Source of the DNA: a virus
DNA: 64,000 bases
IMG/VR virus record: IMGVR_UViG_3300038309_000252
Span: 68,601 to 132,600 of that record
Reading direction: 5' to 3' (one strand)
This document shows positions 47,286 to 56,231 of the stretch, piece by piece. Position numbers and translations under genes: made by a program. The notes beneath the pieces are model-generated. The model was not told where the DNA came from and did no database searches. It was given only the letters and a program-made list of their open reading frames with translations. How positions within the stretch are numbered: position 1 is the first letter of the stretch; each line of letters starts with the position of its first letter.

Positions 47286-47348
47286 AGCAATTGACAGTCA
47301 TCTCCATTTGATCTATACTATGTTCACCAATTGAGAAGAGGATTTAAC

Positions 47349-48563
47349 ATGGCAAAGCAAAATATTGTAGCAGTTATCTTTAATAAGGTATGTGAAAAGT
47401 ATCCTGATATTGCTTCAACTAGAACTGCAACTTCTAACCAACTGAAAAGTGTTTGTTCTTATATTCATCAATCTATGAATCAATATAAGGTAAGTAGAGG
47501 TGTATATAGATTCCCAGAAGATTTAATTTATACACCTTCTGTTGAGCACAATGATTCAATTGAACAGGATACCACACATTCACAATGCTCTACAATGGAA
47601 ATGCACAATGCATTGTCTTCAGTAACTTCCATTTCATCTATGAAAACATTTGATGAATCCGCAATGTTAATTCCCAAAATTGATCCAAATTATGTTGCTT
47701 TTGGCAATCACACTATGGTTGAAAAGATTATTAAATCTAATATTTTTTACCCAGTTTATATTACAGGACCAACTGGAAATGGCAAGTCAACAATGGTGGA
47801 ACAAGTTTGTGCTAAACTTAAACGACCATTGATTAGAATTAACCTAAATGCCATGACCGATGAAGATCAATTGATTGGAACCAAAACTCTTGTGGATGGA
47901 AATATCCAAGTAGTTGAAGGACCAATTCTAAAAGCAATGAAAAATGGTTATATATTGCTTCTTGATGAAATTGATGTATCAAATAGCAATACCATTCTTT
48001 GTATCCAAAATATCATGGAAGGAAAACCATATTATTTCAAGTTAAACAATACTATTATCCATCCTGCAAAAGGATTCAATGTCTTTGCAACTGCCAATAC
48101 TAAAGGAAAAGGTTCTGACGATGGAAGGTATATTGGAACAAATATATTGAATGAAGCTTTTCTAGAAAGATTTGGAATTGTTATTGAGCAAGATTATCCA
48201 TCTGCAGCTATTGAAACCCAAATTATAAGGAAGGCAATGGTATTGCATGATTGCTATGATGATAATGAGCAATTACTTGCCCTATTGATTAAATGGGTCT
48301 CTGCAATTCGGAAAACCTATAACAATGGTGGCATAGAAGAAACTATTACGACACGCAGATTGCTTCATATTGTAAAAGCATATTCTATTTTTAAGAATAT
48401 CAAAAAGTCTATTGAATTGTGTTGTAATCGCTTTGATGCCACAACTAAAGCTGGATTTATTGAGTTGTTTAATAATCTATCACCAGAAGATAATGAAGAT
48501 ACTAATCAGAATTCTGAATCCGATACTTCTGAAGTGAAAACTAATTTAGATAATAACGTTTAA
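47349..48563 (+). CDS. MoxR/CobS-like AAA+ ATPase
   Basis: GPTGNGKS, LLLDEID, ATANTKGKG, NEAFLERF, TRRL. Confidence 0.92.
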   Translation: MAKQNIVAVIFNKVCEKYPDIASTRTATSNQLKSVCSYIHQSMNQYKVSRGVYRFPEDLIYTPSVEHNDSIEQDTTHSQCSTMEMHNALSSVTSISSMKTFDESAMLIPKIDPNYVAFGNHTMVEKIIKSNIFYPVYITGPTGNGKSTMVEQVCAKLKRPLIRINLNAMTDEDQLIGTKTLVDGNIQVVEGPILKAMKNGYILLLDEIDVSNSNTILCIQNIMEGKPYYFKLNNTIIHPAKGFNVFATANTKGKGSDDGRYIGTNILNEAFLERFGIVIEQDYPSAAIETQIIRKAMVLHDCYDDNEQLLALLIKWVSAIRKTYNNGGIEETITTRRLLHIVKAYSIFKNIKKSIELCCNRFDATTKAGFIELFNNLSPEDNEDTNQNSESDTSEVKTNLDNNV

Positions 48564-48576
48564 GATTGGAGTAACT

Positions 48577-49422
48577 ATGTTTAAGGTATCTGAAATATTT
48601 TATTCCTTGCAAGGTGAAGGTTTATATACTGGTACTCCTAGTATCTTTCTAAGACTATATGGATGTAATTTTAGGTGTGCTGGATTTGGAATGCCTAAAG
48701 GTCAATTATCTACAGAAGCAGATGAAATTGCCAAGCATGCTTTAGAATATACTGATATTTCACAAGTACCTCTAGTCAAGACTGGTTGTGATTCCTTTGT
48801 TTCTTGGCATCCTGCATTCAAGCATTTGTCATCTAAAATGACAAATGATGAGATTTGTTCTAAGATTCAAACTTTGTTGCCATATCATCAATGGAATTAT
48901 GAACATCTCATATTTACTGGTGGAGAACCATTATTGATTGGTCTTCAAAAGAGACTAGTTGATTTTCTATTACATGAGTTTAATGGTGGTCTTAATTATA
49001 TTACATTTGAAACCAATGGTACTCAAAGACTAACACAAGAGTTTATGGATTTCCTTTATGATTGGTCTGATCTACGTCTATCAGATGCAATTACTTTTAG
49101 CGTATCTCCAAAACTTTCAAATAGTGGTGAGTCTAAAGAGCAATCAATTCAACCAGAAGTTATAGCTTTGTACCAACAAGTTGGTCAAACTTATCTGAAG
49201 TTTGTAATTGGAACAGAAGAAGATATGAATGAATGTTTGGATGTAATTGAATTGTATAGAGACTTTGGTTTTGAAGGAGATGTGTATGTAATGCCAGTTG
49301 GTGGAGAAGAAACTATGTATAATCTAAATAAATGTGGTGTTGCTAAGCTAGCTTTGAAGCATGGTCTAAAATATAGTGATAGACTCCAAATATCATTATT
49401 CAAAAATAATTGGGGAACATAA
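48577..49422 (+). CDS. queE: 7-carboxy-7-deazaguanine synthase (radical SAM)
   Basis: EIFYSLQGEG, FLRLYGCNFRC...GCDS, TGGEPL, ETNG, SPKL. Confidence 0.93.
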   Translation: MFKVSEIFYSLQGEGLYTGTPSIFLRLYGCNFRCAGFGMPKGQLSTEADEIAKHALEYTDISQVPLVKTGCDSFVSWHPAFKHLSSKMTNDEICSKIQTLLPYHQWNYEHLIFTGGEPLLIGLQKRLVDFLLHEFNGGLNYITFETNGTQRLTQEFMDFLYDWSDLRLSDAITFSVSPKLSNSGESKEQSIQPEVIALYQQVGQTYLKFVIGTEEDMNECLDVIELYRDFGFEGDVYVMPVGGEETMYNLNKCGVAKLALKHGLKYSDRLQISLFKNNWGT

Positions 49423-49424
49423 AA

Positions 49425-50033
49425 ATGCAAAAATGGTCAATAGATAAGAAGTTTTCATTCTGCTATGGACACAGGGTTTGGTCTCAAGAATTAAAACATA
49501 CATTATGTGAATCACATGATGCAAGACCAAAATGTAGACATTTACATGGGCATGAAGCACATGTAAATGTTTATCTTGAAAGTGATGTTTTAGAAAACGG
49601 AATGGTAACAGATTTTAATCATTTAGGATGGTTAAAAGACTTCTTCAATCAAACCATTGACCACAAATTCATCTTTGATATTAATGATCCAATTATTGAT
49701 TCATTGTTAATTCCTACTTACAGTATCGTTACAAAATCTCAAAGATTAAGTTATAATACAATATTACCAGACAACTTTAGTGATACATTTATATGCAATA
49801 CTTTAGATTTATCCATTGCAAAAAAGAATAAACAAATTAATAGTCCAGAATATGATGTCCTTGAAGGAATTATATTAGTTGATTTTGTTCCAACATCAGA
49901 AAATCTATCCAAATGGATTTATGATATCGTAAATGATAAAATGAAAAGTATTGGTGTCAAAACAACAAAAGTTGAATGGCAAGAAACACCTAATTCCAGA
50001 GCTTCATATTCACATGAAAATAGTTGTACATAA
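49425..50033 (+). CDS. queD: 6-carboxytetrahydropterin synthase
   Basis: FCYGHR, CRHLHGH, GMVTDF, DHKF, PTSENL, ET. Confidence 0.93.
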   Translation: MQKWSIDKKFSFCYGHRVWSQELKHTLCESHDARPKCRHLHGHEAHVNVYLESDVLENGMVTDFNHLGWLKDFFNQTIDHKFIFDINDPIIDSLLIPTYSIVTKSQRLSYNTILPDNFSDTFICNTLDLSIAKKNKQINSPEYDVLEGIILVDFVPTSENLSKWIYDIVNDKMKSIGVKTTKVEWQETPNSRASYSHENSCT

Positions 50034-50707
50034 TCTTGAAAGAAAAATCTGATCCTAAATTAGGTGAATTAATTCATGAGTTATTATTAAGAAAAAATAT
50101 TGAAAATCCAACTATAAAAAGTGATATATCACCAGAATTAAAAATTAAACAACTAGAAACTAATTTTACAAATATTTTATCTGATCTTGGACTAGATTTA
50201 ACAAATGATTCATTGTCAGATACATCTTTACGTGTTGCAAAAATGTTTGTTAATGAATTATTTTGGGGACTTGATTATACCAAGTTTCCAAAATGCACTA
50301 CTGTAAAAAATACAATAGATTATAAATCATCTTTTGTCATGGAGCGAAATATCGCTGTTAGATCTACTTGTGAACATCATCTGGTGATTATTGATGGTAG
50401 TGCTTCTCTTGCATATAAACCATATAATAAAACAATTGGACTATCTAAATTAAATAGAATTGTTGAGTTTTTTGCAAAAAGACCACAAATTCAAGAAAGA
50501 TTAACAGAACAAATAGCTGAAACATTATCATATGTTACAGATTCACCTGATGTAGCAGTTTTCATAGATGCTGTGCATTATTGTGTAAAAGCTAGAGGCA
50601 TTCAAGATTCACAATCATCAACAATTACTTTTGCAACTAGAGGTGTGTTTAGTGATTTTAATTCTTCACTAAGGAAAGAATTCCTAGATTTTGCCTCATT
50701 AAAATAA
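50024..50707 (+). CDS. folE: GTP cyclohydrolase I (start codon uncertain, TTG)
   Basis: CEHH, GLSKLNR, RPQIQERLT, HYCVKARG. Confidence 0.95.
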   Translation: MYIILKEKSDPKLGELIHELLLRKNIENPTIKSDISPELKIKQLETNFTNILSDLGLDLTNDSLSDTSLRVAKMFVNELFWGLDYTKFPKCTTVKNTIDYKSSFVMERNIAVRSTCEHHLVIIDGSASLAYKPYNKTIGLSKLNRIVEFFAKRPQIQERLTEQIAETLSYVTDSPDVAVFIDAVHYCVKARGIQDSQSSTITFATRGVFSDFNSSLRKEFLDFASLK

Positions 50708-50716
50708 ATGGAAAGT

Positions 50717-53113
50717 TCAGATATATCTTTTTTGTACATATGATTGATAGCTTGATTCTTGATTTCTTGCGTCTTTTGGTACCACAACAGTTTGATTACT
50801 ATTATTTACATTAGTAGTTGGTGCATTAACTACTGTTGGTGCATTAACAACTGCTGTTTGCCTTTTTTCTGCCTCCATGTTTGCTGCTGATTGGTTATAG
50901 ACATTATTTGCACTAGTTAATGGATTTTGTGGTGGAATACTAATATTTACATTAGGTGATGCTGGAGTTGGAATAATTATTTGTGGTACTGGTAATTGTT
51001 TATATTGTGGAACTACTTGTGGTTGAACATTAACAGAAGGTTGTTGAATTAATGGAGCATTAGTTTCAGGTAAAACTTGTTGATTTGTAGTTGCTTCTAC
51101 ATTAAAACTTTTTTGATTACTTGCATTAATTACTGGTGTACTTACTTGAGATGTATTTGTATCAATATTTGTTGTATTTTGTTGTGTATTGTTCTGATTA
51201 AGTTTTACTGGTGTAATTTTAGTTGGTTGTAAAGATACATCCTTTGGATTTACAGGATTAAACTTAACAGGAGTACTCTTTGGAGTTTCTTCCTTGATTT
51301 GAACTTTAGGTTTTAATGATTCAGTTGGTGGTAATACTGGTGTGATTTTTGGTGGTGGAATAATAACAAGTTGTGATTTTTCTGGGTTTTTATTATCCGG
51401 AACTTTATTAATTGGAACTGCTGGTTCTTCTTTTGGTTTTACAAGTTCTTTTGGTGCTGTTTCAGGTGTCAAAGGAACTAATTTGTGATTTTTATCAACA
51501 ACCATTGGTTGTTGCAATTGATCTACAGGTTTCTGATTAGCTGGAACTTCAGTATCTTTACCTTGTATTAATTCTGCTCCTTGTTCTGCTATATATCCTC
51601 CAGCAGCTTTTCCTGCTTTACCTGTAAAATAACCTAATCCAGCTCCAACTAGTCCACCAACAATTGTTCCAACACCTGGAAAAATCATTGTACCAATAGC
51701 TGCTCCAGCAGCACCAGCTGCTAAAGTACCACCAACCATTCCAACACTTTCACCAACAGCTCGTGCTTTTTGTGTATTTGCCTGATGTTCTGTAATTTGC
51801 CCTGCGGCAAGTTGTTGATTAGCTGCGCTTATACCTTGATATCCTTCTAAAACTCCTTCACCAACAAGTAATGCTGTGCCAGCAACTCCTGCTGCTTTTG
51901 CACCAATTCCAAGAACACGAAGAGCTCTTGCTCCTTTTGATGCAGTTGATAATCCTTCTACAGCAGTTCCTGTTGCTCTTCCTAATCCTTTTGATGCACC
52001 AAATCCTTTACCAGCAATTTGTGTTCCAGCTTCTAATGCAGATGCACCATATGAGGATTTTCCAGCAATAGAGGCAGCTCTTGAAAGACCAGTACCAGCT
52101 CTTCCTGTTCCTCCAGGAATTATTTTAGGGGGTATACCTGGTCGACCAGGTATTGGTCTTGGTATGTTTGGTGGAACACTTGGTGGTACTCTTGGTGGAA
52201 CACTTGGTGGTACTCTTGGTGGAACACTTGGTGGTACTCTTGGTGGTACTTTATGAGCTCCAGTTCTAGGTAGTGGAGTCTCTCCTGGGATAGATGTTCT
52301 TGGTTTTTTAAATCTATCAAAAAGCGATCTTCTTGTTTTTGGACCGCCTCTTTTTTGTTGCCTCTGTAGTCTTTTTTGTTGCCTCTGTAGTCTTTTTTGT
52401 TGCCTCTGTTGTCTTCTTTGCTGACGAGTTTGTCTTGGTTTTCTTGGTGTTCTTCTTGGAAGATTAAATGGAGAACTTGTATCATCATTTTCAGTGTCAG
52501 GGGATTTTTTACTAATTAATTTTAATAGATCAATTATGATATCAGTATTTGCATATATTTTTTTAAGAACAACTGTTTGATCATTAACGAGTTTATTCGC
52601 TTCATTCAATAATTCTTCAGAATCAGCTTTTCTAGCTACTACTTTTCTTTTTCCGAATTGATTATATAATGTTAAATCAGTTTTCTTAGCAACTACTAAT
52701 GATTTTTCTGTATTTTGTTGAATATTTGATAATTTGGTTAATACACTTTGTTTAGAAGCTAATGAAGAAACCCTGTTATCAACATTTGATATGCTAGGTT
52801 TATAAGGTATTAATTTATTTGCAATTATTTTTGCAATATTTTCTAAATCATTATATTGTTTTAAAGTATTGGTATTTTCTGGTGGTTGAGTACCAGGTTG
52901 TAAAGACCTTATATATTCTTTAGAATAAGCATCTAATAAAACATTTTTATTATTTCTTATAGGATTGATTCTTTGCCCAGTATCAACAGTATTGAGTATT
53001 GACTGAGTTTTAAATATAGCAATCAATTCCTTAAATAAAGGAACTAATTCATCAAATGCATTTGACAGACTATTTGATTGCTGCTTTAAAAGTACTGGTG
53101 ATAAATATGACAT
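50717..53113 (-). CDS. gp29-like baseplate hub / tape-measure protein
   Basis: Follows gp26/gp51; Gly/Ala-rich hydrophobic segment; C-terminal VVNAPT..NN pattern. Confidence 0.6.
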   Translation of the reverse strand: MSYLSPVLLKQQSNSLSNAFDELVPLFKELIAIFKTQSILNTVDTGQRINPIRNNKNVLLDAYSKEYIRSLQPGTQPPENTNTLKQYNDLENIAKIIANKLIPYKPSISNVDNRVSSLASKQSVLTKLSNIQQNTEKSLVVAKKTDLTLYNQFGKRKVVARKADSEELLNEANKLVNDQTVVLKKIYANTDIIIDLLKLISKKSPDTENDDTSSPFNLPRRTPRKPRQTRQQRRQQRQQKRLQRQQKRLQRQQKRGGPKTRRSLFDRFKKPRTSIPGETPLPRTGAHKVPPRVPPSVPPRVPPSVPPRVPPSVPPNIPRPIPGRPGIPPKIIPGGTGRAGTGLSRAASIAGKSSYGASALEAGTQIAGKGFGASKGLGRATGTAVEGLSTASKGARALRVLGIGAKAAGVAGTALLVGEGVLEGYQGISAANQQLAAGQITEHQANTQKARAVGESVGMVGGTLAAGAAGAAIGTMIFPGVGTIVGGLVGAGLGYFTGKAGKAAGGYIAEQGAELIQGKDTEVPANQKPVDQLQQPMVVDKNHKLVPLTPETAPKELVKPKEEPAVPINKVPDNKNPEKSQLVIIPPPKITPVLPPTESLKPKVQIKEETPKSTPVKFNPVNPKDVSLQPTKITPVKLNQNNTQQNTTNIDTNTSQVSTPVINASNQKSFNVEATTNQQVLPETNAPLIQQPSVNVQPQVVPQYKQLPVPQIIIPTPASPNVNISIPPQNPLTSANNVYNQSAANMEAEKRQTAVVNAPTVVNAPTTNVNNSNQTVVVPKDARNQESSYQSYVQKRYI
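52168..52410 (-). repeat. coding tandem repeats (PPRV/PPSV 12-bp units; QRQQKRL 21-bp units)
   Basis: Visible repeats in DNA and protein. Confidence 0.85.
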
Positions 53114-53114
53114 G

Positions 53115-53297
53115 TTATTTTCTTTGCTGTTGCTTCTCTTTTTCTTCTTCCAAATATCGAATTAACATTGTTATATAAATCTCTCTTTCAAATGGAATCA
53201 TATTTTCTAAATCTGCCAAAGAATATTTGTGGTATTGCATTAGCGCAAAGTTCATCTTGTAATAGTTGAATAAATCATCATGCGCTAATGCAATTAA
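53115..53297 (-). CDS. gp51-like C-terminal ORF (not in ORF track), in the -1 frame of gp26
   Basis: LIALAHDDLFNYYKMNFALMQYHKYSLADLENMIPFEREIY...; first ATG is internal, at 53255. Confidence 0.8.
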   Translation of the reverse strand, partial: LIALAHDDLFNYYKMNFALMQYHKYSLADLENMIPFEREIYITMLIRYLEEEKEKQQQRK

Positions 53298-54016
53298 AAA
53301 AAACTTGATAGTCCTTCAATATATTTGTCATGATGCAAATTACATACAGGGCAATCATAAGAAACATCAATTCTGACAGATGGCAAAGTATTAAAAAATA
53401 CAATAATATGTTGAAACTGTGCACTGGTAAGATTTTCTAAAAATGTAATCAATTCTTCTTTTGAAGTATCTTTTGCCCAATATACTTGTTCATCATCATA
53501 GATATAATCAATACAATCAATGATGATATCTAAAGCTAATTGTTGTTCATTTTCTTTTGAAGCTTCAATTTTTTTAAGTACTTCAAACGATGGGTATTTC
53601 ATACAAATACCAACATTATCAAATAATGTAAACTTACTTTGGTGGTTTTCTTGAAATACTACATGTGCTTCTTCAAGATTAACATTAACTGTTGCTCTTG
53701 CTTTTGGATTATCCTTTCCGTGATCTATATCACAAGCAAATAATAAAGTTACAATTTCACCAATTGATTTTGCCCTAATTTGCAAAAACATATATTCGAT
53801 ATCAAATGATGCTAACGATTCTAAATTAACTTGTGATTTAGCACAAGATGAAATTGTATCTTTAATAGTATCTAAAATTACATTTACATTTTTAGATTGT
53901 TGAGCTAGCATTAATGCCTTTTCTTCCTTAACTAGAAAAGGTCTATATTTAAATTCTTTCTTTGAAGAAGGAATAGTAATAGTATAAATTGGTAAAACAT
54001 TCTGTGGTAATGTCAT
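53294..54016 (-). CDS. 26: baseplate hub assembly protein gp26
   Basis: KYRPFLVKEEKAL, FDIEYMFLQIRAKSIGE, MKYP, CPVC, EGLSSFF. Confidence 0.85.
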   Translation of the reverse strand: MTLPQNVLPIYTITIPSSKKEFKYRPFLVKEEKALMLAQQSKNVNVILDTIKDTISSCAKSQVNLESLASFDIEYMFLQIRAKSIGEIVTLLFACDIDHGKDNPKARATVNVNLEEAHVVFQENHQSKFTLFDNVGICMKYPSFEVLKKIEASKENEQQLALDIIIDCIDYIYDDEQVYWAKDTSKEELITFLENLTSAQFQHIIVFFNTLPSVRIDVSYDCPVCNLHHDKYIEGLSSFF

Positions 54017-54465
54017 TGTATATCCTCATTGTCAGATTGAAGCAAATCATGAATCATTTTATTTAGATTAGAAGTTGGACCAACAAAAATTGCAGTGTTA
54101 GTAACGTTATTTGGTGTTATATTATCTTTAGAATCTTTTGATAATGATTTTACTTTTACAGATAAATCAATCAATTGATGGTTTATATCTGCAATTTGTT
54201 TCATTAGGTTTCCAACTACCTCAAATGCTCTAGGATGTTCTGACTGTTTGGCAATTTCCAAAGCTGCGTCTAGTGCTTCTTGTCCTTGAGCTAGTAATTC
54301 AAAAAGATTTTGTCTTGTTGTGTAATAATCATCATCAATACAATGTTGTAATTCAGGTGATTTACGTAAAGATGGCAATTGCATTGGTTGTTCTTTACTA
54401 GCTTCATTATTTTCAACATTAAATAATTTATCCAATGAATCAATAGTTTTTACTTTGTCTATCAT
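54013..54465 (-). CDS. 16: terminase small subunit gp16
   Basis: DDYYTTRQNL, SEHPRAFEV, TNTAIFVG. Confidence 0.88.
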   Translation of the reverse strand: MIDKVKTIDSLDKLFNVENNEASKEQPMQLPSLRKSPELQHCIDDDYYTTRQNLFELLAQGQEALDAALEIAKQSEHPRAFEVVGNLMKQIADINHQLIDLSVKVKSLSKDSKDNITPNNVTNTAIFVGPTSNLNKMIHDLLQSDNEDIQ

Positions 54466-55049
54466 GGTGTAGTGCCTGAAGTAGTTTGTGATGCTGATGT
54501 ACTTGTTGAACTAGAAGATGATGTTCCAGGAGAAGAAGTCCAATATTTATATTGCCATGCCACATTAAGTGTTAATATTTCATTACTATCACTTGACAAG
54601 TTTAATTCTCCAATAGATTTTGGATATGCTTCATGAATAGTAATAACTTGTTGTATATTTCCATCTACAGATATTATATTAATAACAAAATCTTTGACAT
54701 AATCATCATAAAACCCAATGCTTTTTGTGATTGGATTTATGATTAAATATAACCAATTTTTGAACATTTCAAATATCGTTAATTGAGCATCCAAATAAAA
54801 ATTTGTTTGTATTGGTTCAAATGTCCTATCATAAGGAAATTCTCTATCTTCACCAATTGTTTTATATGGTGCTGTTGATATATTAAGTCCTGGTATAGAA
54901 ACAGAAGAACAAAATAATGTGGTTAAATGACTTGGATCAGATACAGAATACTCTTTAGATCCTGTTGGAAATGTCAATTCAACAGAATATTTATTTGCTC
55001 TTGCAAGATTTCTTGTTTTAATAGCTGCAATAAAATCTATTAATTCCAT
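54462..55049 (-). CDS. tail tube-like protein (gp54/gp19 family)
   Basis: ARANKY, CSSVSIPG, FYDDY, EAYPKSIG, YKYW. Confidence 0.8.
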   Translation of the reverse strand: MELIDFIAAIKTRNLARANKYSVELTFPTGSKEYSVSDPSHLTTLFCSSVSIPGLNISTAPYKTIGEDREFPYDRTFEPIQTNFYLDAQLTIFEMFKNWLYLIINPITKSIGFYDDYVKDFVINIISVDGNIQQVITIHEAYPKSIGELNLSSDSNEILTLNVAWQYKYWTSSPGTSSSSSTSTSASQTTSGTTP

Positions 55050-55056
55050 AATGGTC

Positions 55057-55752
55057 TCAAAATATTGATTTAACTTTTGACAAAGCACGATTAATAATTG
55101 ATTTTGATTTTCTACTTCTTTTTTTAGATTCTGCCCATACTTCTACTGTTTTAGCTCCATAAAACTTTTCAACAGGTAATAACATTGCTGTTGCCCAGTC
55201 TTCAGAATCGATTGCAAGTAATGGTGTTTGTATTTGTGATGTCAAATATCTATGTACACATGGTTTAGCTGTTCTAAATCTAGACATAGAACTAATCATT
55301 GCCCAACTAAACTTCAATCTTGTATATTGATTGTAATCATTATTTGAACGAAAACTATTCAAATTTGTCAAAAGAAAAACACGCTCTTTATATGGTAAAT
55401 AATGCATATTTAATCCAATAAATCCATTATCTGTTTTTCTAAATGGAAATACTAATGGAAATGCATCCCAATATGGAAGATTTTTTGTTTTAGCATGGTA
55501 TCCAAATAAATACAATTTTCCTGGTGTAATTGATATTTTATGTCTACTAGTACTAGATAAAATTAATGGAATAGCACGTACTTTTGAAAGTTTTTGTATT
55601 TGATCTTGATACCATTTTTTTGATTTCCCAACAGCTTGCCTTAATTCATAAGGACTTTTCTTAAAAATATCTTCATATAAAGAAGGATTTTTAGGAGTTA
55701 CTACTTTTTTAGCGGATGTAGTTTTAGGAATATTTGGTTTAGCTGGTTTCAT
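55057..55752 (-). CDS. 2: DNA end protector gp2
   Basis: LPYWDAFPLV, GLNMHYLP, CVHRYL, LPVEKF. Confidence 0.9.
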   Translation of the reverse strand: MKPAKPNIPKTTSAKKVVTPKNPSLYEDIFKKSPYELRQAVGKSKKWYQDQIQKLSKVRAIPLILSSTSRHKISITPGKLYLFGYHAKTKNLPYWDAFPLVFPFRKTDNGFIGLNMHYLPYKERVFLLTNLNSFRSNNDYNQYTRLKFSWAMISSMSRFRTAKPCVHRYLTSQIQTPLLAIDSEDWATAMLLPVEKFYGAKTVEVWAESKKRSRKSKSIINRALSKVKSIF

Positions 55753-56195
55753 GATTTAGACCACAATTGCTTTTCTGTTATGACAAGAAATTGGTAACCT
55801 CTTTGTTGACAATATTGTCTTGCTGCATTCCATTTTGCTTGATTCTTTCCATATGTTAATACTTCATTTATATATCTTTGTGTCTTTCGATGTTGATTTT
55901 CTGGTGGTTGTGTTTGCTTAAATGGTTTAATTTCTACTAAATAAGTATTAATAATGTTATTTTTATCTTTGACTTGAATCTTGAAATCAACAAAATATCT
56001 ATGCATTTTATTATCTGTTGGGCATATATAAGGAATAATTGTTGTTTCAGAACTCCATTTTAAAATAGATGGATTATGATCACACCAAATAGCAAATCTA
56101 GTTTCCCAAGATGATCTCATAATAATATCTGTTGGATCACCTTGATACTTTTCAGGATGAATAGGTTTATATTTTCTTTTGTAGGATTCGCTCAT
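55749..56195 (-). CDS. 4: head completion nuclease gp4
   Basis: PEKYQGD, RSSWE, WSSE, HRYFVDF, EIKP, NQAKW; late-type ACTAAATA at 56203-56210. Confidence 0.93.
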   Translation of the reverse strand: MSESYKRKYKPIHPEKYQGDPTDIIMRSSWETRFAIWCDHNPSILKWSSETTIIPYICPTDNKMHRYFVDFKIQVKDKNNIINTYLVEIKPFKQTQPPENQHRKTQRYINEVLTYGKNQAKWNAARQYCQQRGYQFLVITEKQLWSKS

Positions 56196-56231
56196 TAACC
56201 ATTATTTAGTAGTTTAAACGGATTTAATAAT

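Larger units (their letters stand above)
38276..47319 (+). promoter_or_regulatory. series of rightward sigma70 early promoters
   Basis: TTGACA at 38276, 38370, 38464, 38563, 39900, 40442, 41020, 41542, 43169, 46404, 47291 with -10 boxes at 16-17 nt; the first nine are preceded by CATAG. Confidence 0.8.

Noticed and set aside
51871-52488. Repeat-rich alternative ORFs (GGTL repeats, HQEY repeats)
   Set aside because: Shadow frames of the gp29-like repeats; no RBS.
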